DNA of 40,707 bases, taken from a bacterium. Its GTDB lineage: Bacteria > Patescibacteriota > Dojkabacteria > JAKAPS01 > JAJZLI01. The DNA lies in assembly GCA_021816845.1 (NCBI GenBank), contig JAKAWT010000002.1:99017-139723 (forward strand), given 5' to 3'. A program made the translations under genes and the position numbers. The notes under the pieces were generated by a model. The model was not told the DNA's origin. It was given only the letters and a program-made list of their open reading frames with translations, and made no database searches. This document shows positions 1-11,888 of the stretch, one piece after another; positions within the stretch are counted from its first letter, which is position 1, and each line of letters starts with the position of its first letter.

Positions 1-176
1 TTATAATGAGGAATTCAGATCAGCTATTGAGAGTATTGTCGGTATCAATAGTATTAGTCTAGTTTATACATAGAAATTTATGATTCTATTTTGATTTTTA
101 CCTTATCATTCCTCTTTGTCAATACAATAGATAATAATCCCAAATTTACAATCATTCCATAATTTACATATGAAGA

Positions 177-764
177 CTATATATAATTTTTTAAAAAACT
201 TTTTCTATGAATAGTACAGATACCGTTTTCTTTAATTAATTCTATATGTTTTTTTGTTCCGTACCCTACATTTTTATCAAACTCATATATTGGATATATT
301 TTAGAATATTCTTTCATTATTTTATCCCTCTCCACTTTTGCAATAATTGATGCTGCTGCTATAGAATAATGAGTAGAATCTCCTCTTACAATCATACTAT
401 AATTGGTATGAAATTTTTCTTTGAAATAACCATCAATTAAAGTATATTTTGGATCCAGATTTATTATTATCTCATTGATACCTTTTACTATAGAGTTAGA
501 AATACCAAATTCATCTATATAGTCATTAGGTATTATACTTATATGATAACTTCCTTCCTTTTTGAGAAAATCACTTAGTAATTCTCTCTTTGCCTTACTT
601 ATTTTTTTTGAATCATTAATACTAGGATTTACTTTTGTGTCACTTAACAATTTATAGCCAGCTATTACTACTGGTCCTGCTAAGGGTCCTCTTCCTACTT
701 CATCTATTCCTATAATATTTGGATATTTTAAAAGTAATTCTTGTTCAAGACTACTTTTTAACAT
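177..764 (-). CDS. rnhB: Ribonuclease HII
   Basis: 195-aa ORF with an ATG start. The N-terminal [17 protein letters not shown] matches the RNase HII DEVGRG catalytic motif. It overlaps the upstream rplS by 14 nt, a common rplS-rnhB linkage. Confidence 0.9.
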   Translation of the reverse strand: MLKSSLEQELLLKYPNIIGIDEVGRGPLAGPVVIAGYKLLSDTKVNPSINDSKKISKAKRELLSDFLKKEGSYHISIIPNDYIDEFGISNSIVKGINEIIINLDPKYTLIDGYFKEKFHTNYSMIVRGDSTHYSIAAASIIAKVERDKIMKEYSKIYPIYEFDKNVGYGTKKHIELIKENGICTIHRKSFLKNYI

Positions 765-1107
765 TTTCTTTTACAAGTAGAGCTTTCTTACCTATCCTAT
801 CTCTTAGATAATGTAATTTGGCCCTTCTTACTTTACCTTTCCTTATTATTTCTATTTTAGCAATGTTTGGAGAATGTAATGGGTATATTCTTTCTACTCC
901 AATACCTTTGGATATCTTTCTTACTACAATATTTTCATGTGTACCAGAATGACTTCTTTCAAGGACGATACCTTCAAATATTTGTATTCTAGCTTTTTCA
1001 CCTTCTATAATCTTGTTATGAACTTTAATAGTATCACCTACACCTACTTCTAAACGTTCTTCTTTGATATGATCTTTTTCTATTTTATTTGTTAGGTATG
1101 TATTCAT
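751..1107 (-). CDS. rplS: 50S ribosomal protein L19 (bL19)
   Basis: 118 aa. The segment [26 protein letters not shown]...[27 protein letters not shown] is typical of bL19. An ATGA overlap joins it to the rpmA stop. Confidence 0.95.
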   Translation of the reverse strand: MNTYLTNKIEKDHIKEERLEVGVGDTIKVHNKIIEGEKARIQIFEGIVLERSHSGTHENIVVRKISKGIGVERIYPLHSPNIAKIEIIRKGKVRRAKLHYLRDRIGKKALLVKENVKK

Positions 1108-1370
1108 AATTCTATTACATCAATAGCAAATGTATCTTTTTTTACTTTAGTCATATGTCTAAAAAACACCTTACCATCTATTTTTGAATAGATAGTGAAA
1201 TCCCTACCCATTCCAACATTTTTCCCAGGATGGAATTTTGTCCCTTTCTGTCTTACTATAATAGTTCCTGGTTTTACTAACTCATCAGCGAATCTCTTTA
1301 CCCCTCTTCTTTTACCCTTAACATTACTTCCTTGATTGGCTTTACCTCCTGATGCTTTTACATGTGCCAT
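1104..1370 (-). CDS. rpmA: 50S ribosomal protein L27 (bL27)
   Basis: 88 aa starting [39 protein letters not shown] is the bL27 core. There is no N-terminal propeptide. Confidence 0.95.
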   Translation of the reverse strand: MAHVKASGGKANQGSNVKGKRRGVKRFADELVKPGTIIVRQKGTKFHPGKNVGMGRDFTIYSKIDGKVFFRHMTKVKKDTFAIDVIEL

Positions 1371-1376
1371 AGTTTC

Positions 1377-2393
1377 TTATTGTTTTTCAAAAATAAATAT
1401 TTCTCTCGATACAATTGATCGATCTCTATTATATAGATAACTTGATATTGTATCAACCTTTTTACCATCAAATATAAAATCTTTAGGTAAAAGTGATATT
1501 TTTAAAAGCCCTGGGAAATGTTTTTCCCTAGCTTCTAACTTTATTATATCATGTTTTGTTCTAAAAGTAGGAATAGTTATAACAAACCTCTCCTTTTCTT
1601 TTAGAATCCTAGACATACTTTTTATGCTACTTTGTATTATAGCATCTACTTTGGCAATTGTCTTTATATTCCTAACATTTTTTGGGATAGGTTTCTTCCA
1701 ATTTTCTCCCATATAAGGTTCAGTTGCTATTGCAATATTGAATTCTTTATTCATTAATCTATCAGGTTGGCCTTTTGCATCATGTTTAAAAACTTCAATT
1801 TTTAAATCTAGGTCTTGAGAGAAGGTTTTTTTTGCCCACTTCAAATTCTCTAGAGTCCCTCCTATTGCTACTTGAGATATATCTGATGCACAAACATTAT
1901 ATCCTTGAGATATAGCTTCTATACATATAGATCCAGATCCACAGAATGGGTCGTAGATAGTATTAGTATCTTTTGTAATTGAAAGATTAACTAGGATTTT
2001 AGAAAGTTTTGATGGTAACATACCTTCTTTGGGATTTATGTAAGGTTTTTCCATCTCTTTCTTTTTAAAATCATAAATATCTTGCTTCGCTACTGTTTCT
2101 CCTAATACCACCTTATCTTCATAAAGATTGATCCTAAACTGTTTTTTTATTTTTTTTGCATCCTTTCTTGGCACTATATCATCAACTCTGAATATAGAGA
2201 TTGTTCCTCCCAATATTTTAATCAATATATCTGGGTATATAACCTTCTTTATATTTAGATATAAGAAATTTTGATCTGCTAATATTACAGTATATTCTAT
2301 ATCTCTACTTTGAAATACTGAAAATATTTCTGCAATGGATAGAAGTGGATTTTTACCTAGGGAAAATATTAAGTTCATCGAATCTAGATTCAT
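1377..2393 (-). CDS. SAM-dependent N-methyltransferase (UPF0020/Trm11-RlmL-like), substrate unknown
   Basis: 338 aa. YDPFCGSGSICIEAISQG is SAM-binding motif I. IATEPYMGE sits where the (D/N)PPY motif IV is expected. The gene lies between rplU and rpmA. Confidence 0.6.
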   Translation of the reverse strand: MNLDSMNLIFSLGKNPLLSIAEIFSVFQSRDIEYTVILADQNFLYLNIKKVIYPDILIKILGGTISIFRVDDIVPRKDAKKIKKQFRINLYEDKVVLGETVAKQDIYDFKKKEMEKPYINPKEGMLPSKLSKILVNLSITKDTNTIYDPFCGSGSICIEAISQGYNVCASDISQVAIGGTLENLKWAKKTFSQDLDLKIEVFKHDAKGQPDRLMNKEFNIAIATEPYMGENWKKPIPKNVRNIKTIAKVDAIIQSSIKSMSRILKEKERFVITIPTFRTKHDIIKLEAREKHFPGLLKISLLPKDFIFDGKKVDTISSYLYNRDRSIVSREIFIFEKQ

Positions 2394-2410
2394 TAGATAG
2401 ATTTTGATTT

Positions 2411-2725
2411 TTAAACCTTATCAATTTTTACTCGAAGGTAATTTTGTCTATGTCCTACACGCCTTCTGTATCTTGATTTTGCTTTAAATTTAAGTATATT
2501 AATTTTTGGCCCTCTTATTTCCTTCATTACCGTTGCCTGAACTTCAGCTTTATCTACATATGGAGTTCCAACTACTACACGGTCACCTTTTTTTGTTAGC
2601 AATACTTCCTTAAAAATTACAGGATCATTTTCTTTTAAATCTTTTATAAGCTCGATCTCTATAATATCATCTTTTTTGATAACATATTGTTTACCACCAG
2701 TTTTTATAACGGCTAAATCATTCAT
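2411..2725 (-). CDS. rplU: 50S ribosomal protein L21 (bL21)
   Basis: MNDLAVIKTGGKQYVIKKDD is a typical bL21 N-terminus. The track ORF starts at a TTG at 2776, which adds 17 non-homologous residues. I place the start at the ATG at 2725. Confidence 0.9.
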   Translation of the reverse strand: MNDLAVIKTGGKQYVIKKDDIIEIELIKDLKENDPVIFKEVLLTKKGDRVVVGTPYVDKAEVQATVMKEIRGPKINILKFKAKSRYRRRVGHRQNYLRVKIDKV

Positions 2726-2779
2726 AGTGAAAAATATAACAAAGTCATTATATAATATGCATGCACTATATTGCAAATA

Positions 2780-5460
<2,681 letters not shown>

Positions 5461-5468
<8 letters not shown>

Positions 5469-6972
5469 AATTTTTAGAAAATTCAGATATTTCTTTTATA
5501 AGTTTTTCTTTTAAATCATCATCAATATCTTTCTTTGATTCTAATTCTTTTATAATATCTTTGTGTAGAGATTGCATATATTCATGAAGAGAATTTTCAT
5601 AATCTGAGATTTTATCTATTTCAACCAAATCAGTATTTCCTGAAGTTACTGCTAGTATAGATATTATTTGAAGTTCACTTGACATTGGTGAATATGGCTT
5701 TTGTCTTAATATCTGAGTAAGCCTCTCTCCTCTTTTAAGAACTTTTTTTGTCTCGTCATCAAGGTCAGACCCAAATTGAGAAAAAGCCGCAAGATCCCTA
5801 AATTGTGCCATCTCTAATTTTAATGAACCAGCAACTTTTTTCATAGATTTTTCTTGAGCATTAGACCCTACTCGCGACACTGAAAGACCAATATTTATAG
5901 CTGGTCGTATTCCTGAGAAGAATAAGTCTGTTTCCAAAAATATTTGTCCATCTGTTATAGATATTAAATTAGTAGGTATATATGATGAAATATCTCCAGT
6001 CTGAGTTTCTATTATTGGTAATGCAGATAAAGATCCACCTCCATATTTATCTTTTAATCTTGCAGCTCTTTCTAGTAACCTTGAATGCAGATAAAACACG
6101 TCTCCAGGATATGCCTCTCTCCCAGACGGTCTTTTTAGGATTAAAGATAGTTGTCTATATGCCCATGCATGCTTTGTAAGGTCATCAAAAATAACTAATG
6201 CATCCATACCATTATCTCTGAAATATTCTCCAATTGTTACTGCTGTGTATGGGGAAATATATTGTTCAGTGACTGAATCTGAGGCAGATGCATTGACTAC
6301 TATAGTATAGTCCATAGCACCTTTCTCTTTTAGTCTCTCTACTAATCTAGCTATTTTTGAGTTTTTCTGTCCTATTGCACAGTATATACAGTATACATCC
6401 TTTCCCTTCTGATTTATTATTGTGTCTATAGCTATAGTAGTTTTTCCAGTGTTTCTGTCACCTATGATTAGTTCTCGTTGTCCCCTACCTATTGGGATTA
6501 ATGCATCTATAGCTTTTAATCCAGTTTTTAAAGGGACGCTTACGCCTTTTCTTGTTATAACCCCAGGAGCAATCTTCTCAATTGGTGAGAAATCTTTTAT
6601 TTTTAATGGTTCATCTGTATCTATTGGCTTTCCTGTGGCATTTATTACTCTTCCAAGAAGTTCCATACCAATTGGAGTTGATAATATTTCTCCAGTAGTT
6701 CTTACCATATCACCTTCTTCTATATCATCAAATTTACCAAATATTATTACAGAAGTTTCATCTTCTTTAAGATCCATAGCCATACCATAGATTGTTTCTC
6801 CTTTTTTTGTTTTTATCTCAACCCTTTCTCCGTTTGCTACATCCATAATACCAATAACAGTACATATTCCATCATACACTGCATCAACTATGCCTATTTC
6901 TTCTTTAGCATAATCAGTATTGATTTTTTCAATATGACTCTGTATCTGTTTTAATATATCATTTTCATTCAT
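5461..6972 (-). CDS. atpA: F1 ATP synthase alpha subunit
   Basis: 503 aa. It has the Walker A GDRNTGKTTIA, plus LVIFDDLTKHAWAYRQLSLILKRPSGREAYPGDVFYLHSRLLERA. Confidence 0.97.
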
Positions 6973-7324
6973 AGTTCTTATCTCTTATTTTATTTAACTG
7001 TTGTTCTATTGAAGTATCTATTATTTCCCAACCCTTCTTTATCCTTAAGCCTCCTATGAGATTATTATTATATTTCCATTCATATATCATTGGGTTACCT
7101 AGACTTTCAAGTATTTTCTTCTTGCTATAATTATTTTCTTTAGATGCATATTCAATAATAGTATTATATTTTTTTATATCTCTTCTAATTTTTAAAAAAA
7201 GAACTCTTATATCCTTTAGATCTAATATATTAGACTCTATTATTTTTCCTAAAATATCTATGTTTATTGTATTTTCAACTTCTATTTTTGATATTATATA
7301 ATTTAGTATATTATTACTTCTCAT
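6965..7324 (-). CDS. atpH: F1 ATP synthase delta (OSCP) subunit, unusually short
   Basis: 119 aa in the expected operon position between atpF and atpA. The C-terminal NNLIGGLRIKKGWEIIDTSIEQQLNKI matches the delta C-terminal domain. Most of the N-terminal domain appears absent. Confidence 0.65.
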   Translation of the reverse strand: MRSNNILNYIISKIEVENTINIDILGKIIESNILDLKDIRVLFLKIRRDIKKYNTIIEYASKENNYSKKKILESLGNPMIYEWKYNNNLIGGLRIKKGWEIIDTSIEQQLNKIRDKNYE

Positions 7325-7835
7325 CTTGTTTTGGATTCAAATTCTTTATATATTTTATGGTGTCTTTTGTAATATTAGCTTCTATTTCTTTAGTCATATT
7401 CTCTCTTAATACCTTTTTAGTAGTAAATAAGACAATATCTAAAAGTTCTTTTTTTAAAGTTATGTACATTTTATCATGAGTATTTTGTACTTCTTCTTCA
7501 GCTTTTTTTATAAAAACTTTAGCTTCATTCTCAGCATTTAATAGAATATCTTGACTTAATTTTTCTGCAGAAATCTTTGCTTCTCTTATCATCTCTTGCA
7601 CTTCTCTTTGTGTTTTATGCATTGCTTCTTTATACCTCTCATCCATTTCTTCCTTTTTCTTCTTTATAGCTTCAGCATATTCTAACGATTCTACAATTTT
7701 TTTTTCTCTTTCATCTAAAATTCTAAATATTTTCTTAAAAAGAAATTTTTGGAGTATATACAATATTATAAAGAAATCTAGAGTATAAAAAATTAAATAT
7801 TGTATGTTAATTCCAAATTGATTAAAAAAATTCAT
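7314..7835 (-). CDS. atpF: Fo ATP synthase b subunit
   Basis: 173 aa. One N-terminal TM helix is followed by a long charged coiled-coil-like region (EREKKIVESLEYAEAIKKKKEEMDERYKE). The operon position fits. Confidence 0.8.
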   Translation of the reverse strand: MNFFNQFGINIQYLIFYTLDFFIILYILQKFLFKKIFRILDEREKKIVESLEYAEAIKKKKEEMDERYKEAMHKTQREVQEMIREAKISAEKLSQDILLNAENEAKVFIKKAEEEVQNTHDKMYITLKKELLDIVLFTTKKVLRENMTKEIEANITKDTIKYIKNLNPKQDEK

Positions 7836-7860
7836 AATTTAATATTCATAATTTAATATT
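7833..7860. repeat. Perfect 14-bp tandem duplication (CATAATTTAATATT x2) spanning the atpF start codon
   Basis: Read directly: 7833-7846 and 7847-7860 are identical. Confidence 0.9.
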
Positions 7861-7865
7861 GCAAT

Positions 7866-8075
7866 TTATTGCAGTGCAAATATAAGTGCGTAGATAGCTA
7901 TAGCTTCAGTAAATGCCATTGCAAGAATCATAATACTAACTATTCTTGCTGTCATTTGAGGATTTTTACCTATTGCCTCAACAGCCTTACCACCTATGTA
8001 ACCAACTCCTATTCCAGGTCCTATTGCACCAAGTCCCATTACTACTCCACCTGTTAATGTAAAATTTGTTGTCAT
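7866..8075 (-). CDS. atpE: Fo ATP synthase c subunit
   Basis: It forms a two-helix hairpin: GLGAIGPGIGVGYIGGKAVEAIGKNPQ, then the carboxylate helix AFTEAIAIYALIFA. The track start at 8084 is a GTG. The ATG at 8075 sits 8 nt downstream of a perfect AAGGAGG, so I prefer it (69 aa). Confidence 0.9.
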   Translation of the reverse strand: MTTNFTLTGGVVMGLGAIGPGIGVGYIGGKAVEAIGKNPQMTARIVSIMILAMAFTEAIAIYALIFALQ

Positions 8076-8083
8076 AAAATTCA

Positions 8084-8090
8084 CCTCCTT
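8084..8090 (-). promoter_or_regulatory. Shine-Dalgarno site (AAGGAGG) for atpE
   Basis: The minus strand reads AAGGAGGTGAATTTTATG. This is the only strong SD site I noticed among the start regions I inspected. Confidence 0.6.
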
Positions 8091-8095
8091 ATAAA

Positions 8096-8842
8096 TTAGC
8101 TTGTTAATTCATCTTTATCAGTCAATATTGTCATGAAAGATAATGTAAGCATAGCAAATATTCCAGCTTGTATTATATCTATTAATATTTCAAAAGCTAG
8201 AAACGGCAAAGGGAGGAAATACATTCCCCCAAGTTTTGTAAACAAAATTATAATTACATCACCTGCATATATATTACCATACAACCTGAATGATAGCGAT
8301 ATTAATTTTGTAAATTCTGATATAAGCTCAAAAATTCCACTAAAAATATTTAATGGTTTAGAAAAGTTAAAATAACGTTTCAGATGTTGTAATATACCCA
8401 TCTGTTTGATAGCTAGATACTGTGTAACTATTACGGATATAAGTGTCAGAGCAATAGTACTGTTTAAATCTGAATTTGCTGTTCTAAATATTGGAACAGT
8501 AATGCCTGCATGTTTAAAATAAAAGGATATTATACCCACAAATGGTAATATTTCAAAAAGGTTATTTAATGCTATAAGTATAAAGAAAGTAGCAACCCAT
8601 GGAAAAAAAAGGTTTATTCTTTTTACGTCTCCTTGAGTCTGCTCTGATACTATCCCCTTTATGGAATCGATTAAAACCTCAATGAAATTTTGAAATTTTG
8701 AAGGAATAACATCTAACTTTGATGATAAGTAAAATGCAGTTACAATAATTAGAATAGATACTATAGTAGCTGTAAGGACTGTATTAGTGAGTGTAAATCC
8801 TAATATATTGGCTATTACTTGGGGGGCTCTTGGTACTATCAT
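8096..8842 (-). CDS. atpB: Fo ATP synthase a subunit
   Basis: 248 aa, polytopic. LSFRLYGNIYAGDVII contains the conserved essential Arg region of subunit a. It is the first gene of the operon and no atpI is present. Confidence 0.9.
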   Translation of the reverse strand: MIVPRAPQVIANILGFTLTNTVLTATIVSILIIVTAFYLSSKLDVIPSKFQNFIEVLIDSIKGIVSEQTQGDVKRINLFFPWVATFFILIALNNLFEILPFVGIISFYFKHAGITVPIFRTANSDLNSTIALTLISVIVTQYLAIKQMGILQHLKRYFNFSKPLNIFSGIFELISEFTKLISLSFRLYGNIYAGDVIIILFTKLGGMYFLPLPFLAFEILIDIIQAGIFAMLTLSFMTILTDKDELTS

Positions 8843-9238
8843 TAGATTGTGTATATTCTAATATTTAATTTATTAAATCCTTTTTTTATCATCTCCTTAT
8901 ATATTCTATAATTATTAATTTTTGATGTATATACTTAACATCTTCAATTTTATGCAATGTTCACACCTTTTTAATATTATCAAATATCATAGTATTTAGG
9001 AAATACTTGAAATTTGAGGTCGGCTATCTTAGGTATCTTATTTTGTATATTAACTATAGTTCAACGGATCATTATATATGTATTTATATATTCTTTGCAA
9101 CAGTGTATATATTGTTACTATTTTATTTACTATGATTGATTGAGAGTTTTATTAGATAGGATAATATAGAATATGTATGTGGGGAACTAATTTAGATATG
9201 TGATTTTGCTTCTAATATTTCTAATAAATCACACATAA

Positions 9239-10288
9239 TTAATTTTTATTATATGTTTTAATAGCATTGATAAGGCTTGATGCTATATATTGATCACCTG
9301 TATTATTTGGGTGGATACCATCAGTATTTAATATTCCCTGCATATTTTGCATTGAAGATTCTACATTTATATATGGGATACCATATTTGTTTGCAAGTCC
9401 TTGTATTATATTGTTAAATTCTGTGAGCCGTCCAAATGATCCTGCAGAAGAATTCGTTCCACTAAAGTTTGTTAGGTATGGTATTGAGAAAATAAACATT
9501 GTTCTCTTAGGACCTGGGTTAATATCCTGTATAATCTGTTCGACATTATTTTTGAATTGTAATGTTGAAACGTCCGGATTTTGTGCTGTTCCATTCCTTA
9601 GGTCATTTGTTCCTATCATTAAAGATACTAAATCTGGGTTTTGCTTTATTAGTTCCTCTTGTATTCTCGAAAGAAGATTATATGTAGTATTACCACCTAC
9701 TCCATCGTTATATGATATTGTCTGTTCAGTATTTTTTAGATAGCTTGAAGTTAAGTCATAATAAGATACCGTTGTCTCATAACCTTGGGTTATACTATCT
9801 CCAAAAGCTGAATAAACAGAATATATGGGATGGTTTAAATCTATTATAGGTGTGGTATATGAATTAAATGTGGCAACTGTTATTGTATTTGATTTAGTAA
9901 TTATATTTCCACTTTTATCTAAGGCATAAATTTGATAAGTATATGTGTATTGAGGTATTAAGTCTGTATCTATAAAACTGTGGATGTTACTTGGAACTTT
10001 AGTAAAATATATCCCATTCCTTATAATAGTATAATTATAAATACCATTTGTGCTCAAATTGCCCCACATTAAGGGTATGGAATTTTGTTGATATGATGAT
10101 TGAGGTATAGTATTAAGTTCAATGAGGTTTTTGGTTTGTATTGATGCAGAGAACAATGTATGTATGGTAGACATCAAAACTAGTAGTACTGTAGATACGA
10201 ATACTGCAGATAAAAAGGCATATATTCTTACATAATTTACAGATTCTATAGGTTTTTCATTTTTTTTACTATTTATATTTACACTCAT
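9239..10288 (-). CDS. Membrane-anchored SGNH/GDSL hydrolase with an Fn3-like domain
   Basis: 349 aa. An N-terminal TM anchor (YAFLSAVFVSTVLLVLM) is followed by a beta-rich Fn3-like stretch (YTYTYQIYALDKSGN). The SGNH blocks are present: FGDSITQGY, GGNTT, LMIGTNDL and DGIHPNNTG. Confidence 0.8.
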   Translation of the reverse strand: MSVNINSKKNEKPIESVNYVRIYAFLSAVFVSTVLLVLMSTIHTLFSASIQTKNLIELNTIPQSSYQQNSIPLMWGNLSTNGIYNYTIIRNGIYFTKVPSNIHSFIDTDLIPQYTYTYQIYALDKSGNIITKSNTITVATFNSYTTPIIDLNHPIYSVYSAFGDSITQGYETTVSYYDLTSSYLKNTEQTISYNDGVGGNTTYNLLSRIQEELIKQNPDLVSLMIGTNDLRNGTAQNPDVSTLQFKNNVEQIIQDINPGPKRTMFIFSIPYLTNFSGTNSSAGSFGRLTEFNNIIQGLANKYGIPYINVESSMQNMQGILNTDGIHPNNTGDQYIASSLINAIKTYNKN

Positions 10289-10376
10289 TTTATCTATAAT
10301 TTATAATTTCTAGAATTATAGCATCTTATTGACCTAAAATCTATACTTTTTACTGTTATTCTGCTAATATATTGAT

Positions 10377-10970
10377 ATGAATAATTTCTTTAAATTTCTA
10401 AGAAGAGCATATATATGGTTTTTATATAAAATAGAAATGCATCCTGATATGGATGTGAGAATCAGGAAACTCAAAGAATTAGGGTTTTCTATAGGTGAGA
10501 ATGTTTTTCTAGATAATGTTGAAATAGAAGATTTGTATCCAGAATTTTTAAAAATTGAAGATGATGTGGTAATAGCATATGGTACAAGAATCCTTGTTCA
10601 TGATAGTTCTATGAACAATTTATTTGGTGATCCTATAAGATTTGGTAAAGTAAATATAAAAAAAGGTGCATACATAGGATCCAAATGTATTATTATGCCA
10701 GGAGTTACTATAGGTGAAGGTGCTCTTATCGGTGCAGGATCATTAGTTACACATGATGTTAGAGATCACTTTGTAGCATTTGGAACACCTGCGAAAGAAT
10801 ATATGAAAGTATCTTTATATAGAGAAAAATTTCTTAAAAATATCGACAAAGATAAATACTATTACTGGGAAGTTGCTCCTTTCTCAAAAAGGATATTGGA
10901 GGAAAATTGGTTAGAAAAAGAGAAGAAATCTTATAAGAATTTTATTAAAACAAAGGTTGATAAAAAATAA
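10377..10970 (+). CDS. Hexapeptide-repeat (LbH) O-acetyltransferase
   Basis: 197 aa. The left-handed beta-helix repeats KKGAYIGSKCIIMPGVTIGEGALIGAGSLVTHDV resemble Mat/WcaF-type sugar O-acetyltransferases. Confidence 0.8.
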   Translation: MNNFFKFLRRAYIWFLYKIEMHPDMDVRIRKLKELGFSIGENVFLDNVEIEDLYPEFLKIEDDVVIAYGTRILVHDSSMNNLFGDPIRFGKVNIKKGAYIGSKCIIMPGVTIGEGALIGAGSLVTHDVRDHFVAFGTPAKEYMKVSLYREKFLKNIDKDKYYYWEVAPFSKRILEENWLEKEKKSYKNFIKTKVDKK

Positions 10971-10981
10971 ATTTAAGTAAT

Positions 10982-11815
10982 CTATATTATTAGTTGATGA
11001 TCTGAACTGTACATTTCATGGACAGCTATCCAGCCTGCCATAGTATTCATATCCTTTATAGGACTTTTTCTACCAATATTTTGTTCCATAGCTTCTACAA
11101 AATAAGGATCTTTGTATCTTAACCGTTGACTATCTATCTCTTCATCTTGTTGTAATCCCTGGATTCTTGATAGATATAGAGGATACTTTGGTTCATCAAT
11201 TATTAGTAATATCTTATTTCTGGCTAATAAAAATTTTCTAACATCTTCAGTTTCTTCACTTGTCAATTGGTAACCTTTATTAATGAGAATTTTTTTCAGC
11301 CCTATTTCTAATATATCCATATTAGTGCCTAAATTTGGAGTTGCTCTTATAACTTCTCTTATAGCCATTTCTATTGTATGCCATTTCTCTTGTTTTATTC
11401 TCAAATTATTTACTACACTAACAAGTTCGCAGTGATCTCCCTCTAATGTTTTTACTATATCAGGGCTGATATACATTTGCCTGTTTTTCGAGTTTAGGGA
11501 TGTCAATTTTAAAGCACTACCTACCCCTTGGAGGAATGCTAATGTTCCATAAGGCATCTCATCAATAGCTTGTTCACTTATTGTTGGAGTTATATAATTT
11601 AAGCCCCCAGGTGTGGTATATTCCTTATATAGTCGTAAACCTATAATTGAACTCAGGGCTCTAGCGAATGCTGGATCAGCTTTAAATTGATCTACTATTT
11701 GTTCTCTAGTTTGAAGGAATGTCATATCAACAGTGTCACCTTTTTGCCACTCCACTAAAGTATCTTTCTTTATAGGGAATATACCTACACTTTTTGGTTC
11801 TACTTCAATATTCAT
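10982..11815 (-). CDS. Hypothetical protein, no family recognised
   Basis: 277-aa ORF with an ATG start, no antisense competitor and no TM segment or signal peptide. Its composition is less Lys/Ile/Asn-rich than that of its neighbours. Confidence 0.55.
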   Translation of the reverse strand: MNIEVEPKSVGIFPIKKDTLVEWQKGDTVDMTFLQTREQIVDQFKADPAFARALSSIIGLRLYKEYTTPGGLNYITPTISEQAIDEMPYGTLAFLQGVGSALKLTSLNSKNRQMYISPDIVKTLEGDHCELVSVVNNLRIKQEKWHTIEMAIREVIRATPNLGTNMDILEIGLKKILINKGYQLTSEETEDVRKFLLARNKILLIIDEPKYPLYLSRIQGLQQDEEIDSQRLRYKDPYFVEAMEQNIGRKSPIKDMNTMAGWIAVHEMYSSDHQLII

Positions 11816-11888
11816 TATAACTATTGATTATACTATATCCTATAGTTTTTGTCAAAGAGGAGTTTATTAATTGTAAGGTTAGTTTAAA

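Noticed and set aside
2-73. Possible 3' end of a plus-strand gene entering the window (frame 2 reads YNEEFRSAIESIVGINSISLVYT, then a stop).
   Set aside because: Only 23 codons are visible and there is no recognisable motif, so this cannot be supported as a feature.
2726-2776. Longer rplU ORF starting at 2776 (MQYSACILYNDFVIFFT...).
   Set aside because: The first codon is a TTG and the extra 17 residues have no counterpart in bL21. The ATG at 2725 yields the canonical MNDLAVIKTGGKQY N-terminus.
8872-8898. AAGGAG followed immediately by ATG and a 6-codon ORF (MIKKRI) upstream of atpB.
   Set aside because: There is zero spacing between the SD-like hexamer and the ATG, and the ORF is trivially short. 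It is probably a chance match in AT-rich leader DNA.
9196-9237. Inverted repeat (TGTGATTT, a 19-nt loop, then AAATCACA) just downstream of the SGNH hydrolase stop, considered as a terminator.
   Set aside because: The stem is only 8 bp and mostly A-T, the loop is large, and no T-run follows on the transcribed strand. This is not convincing as an intrinsic terminator.
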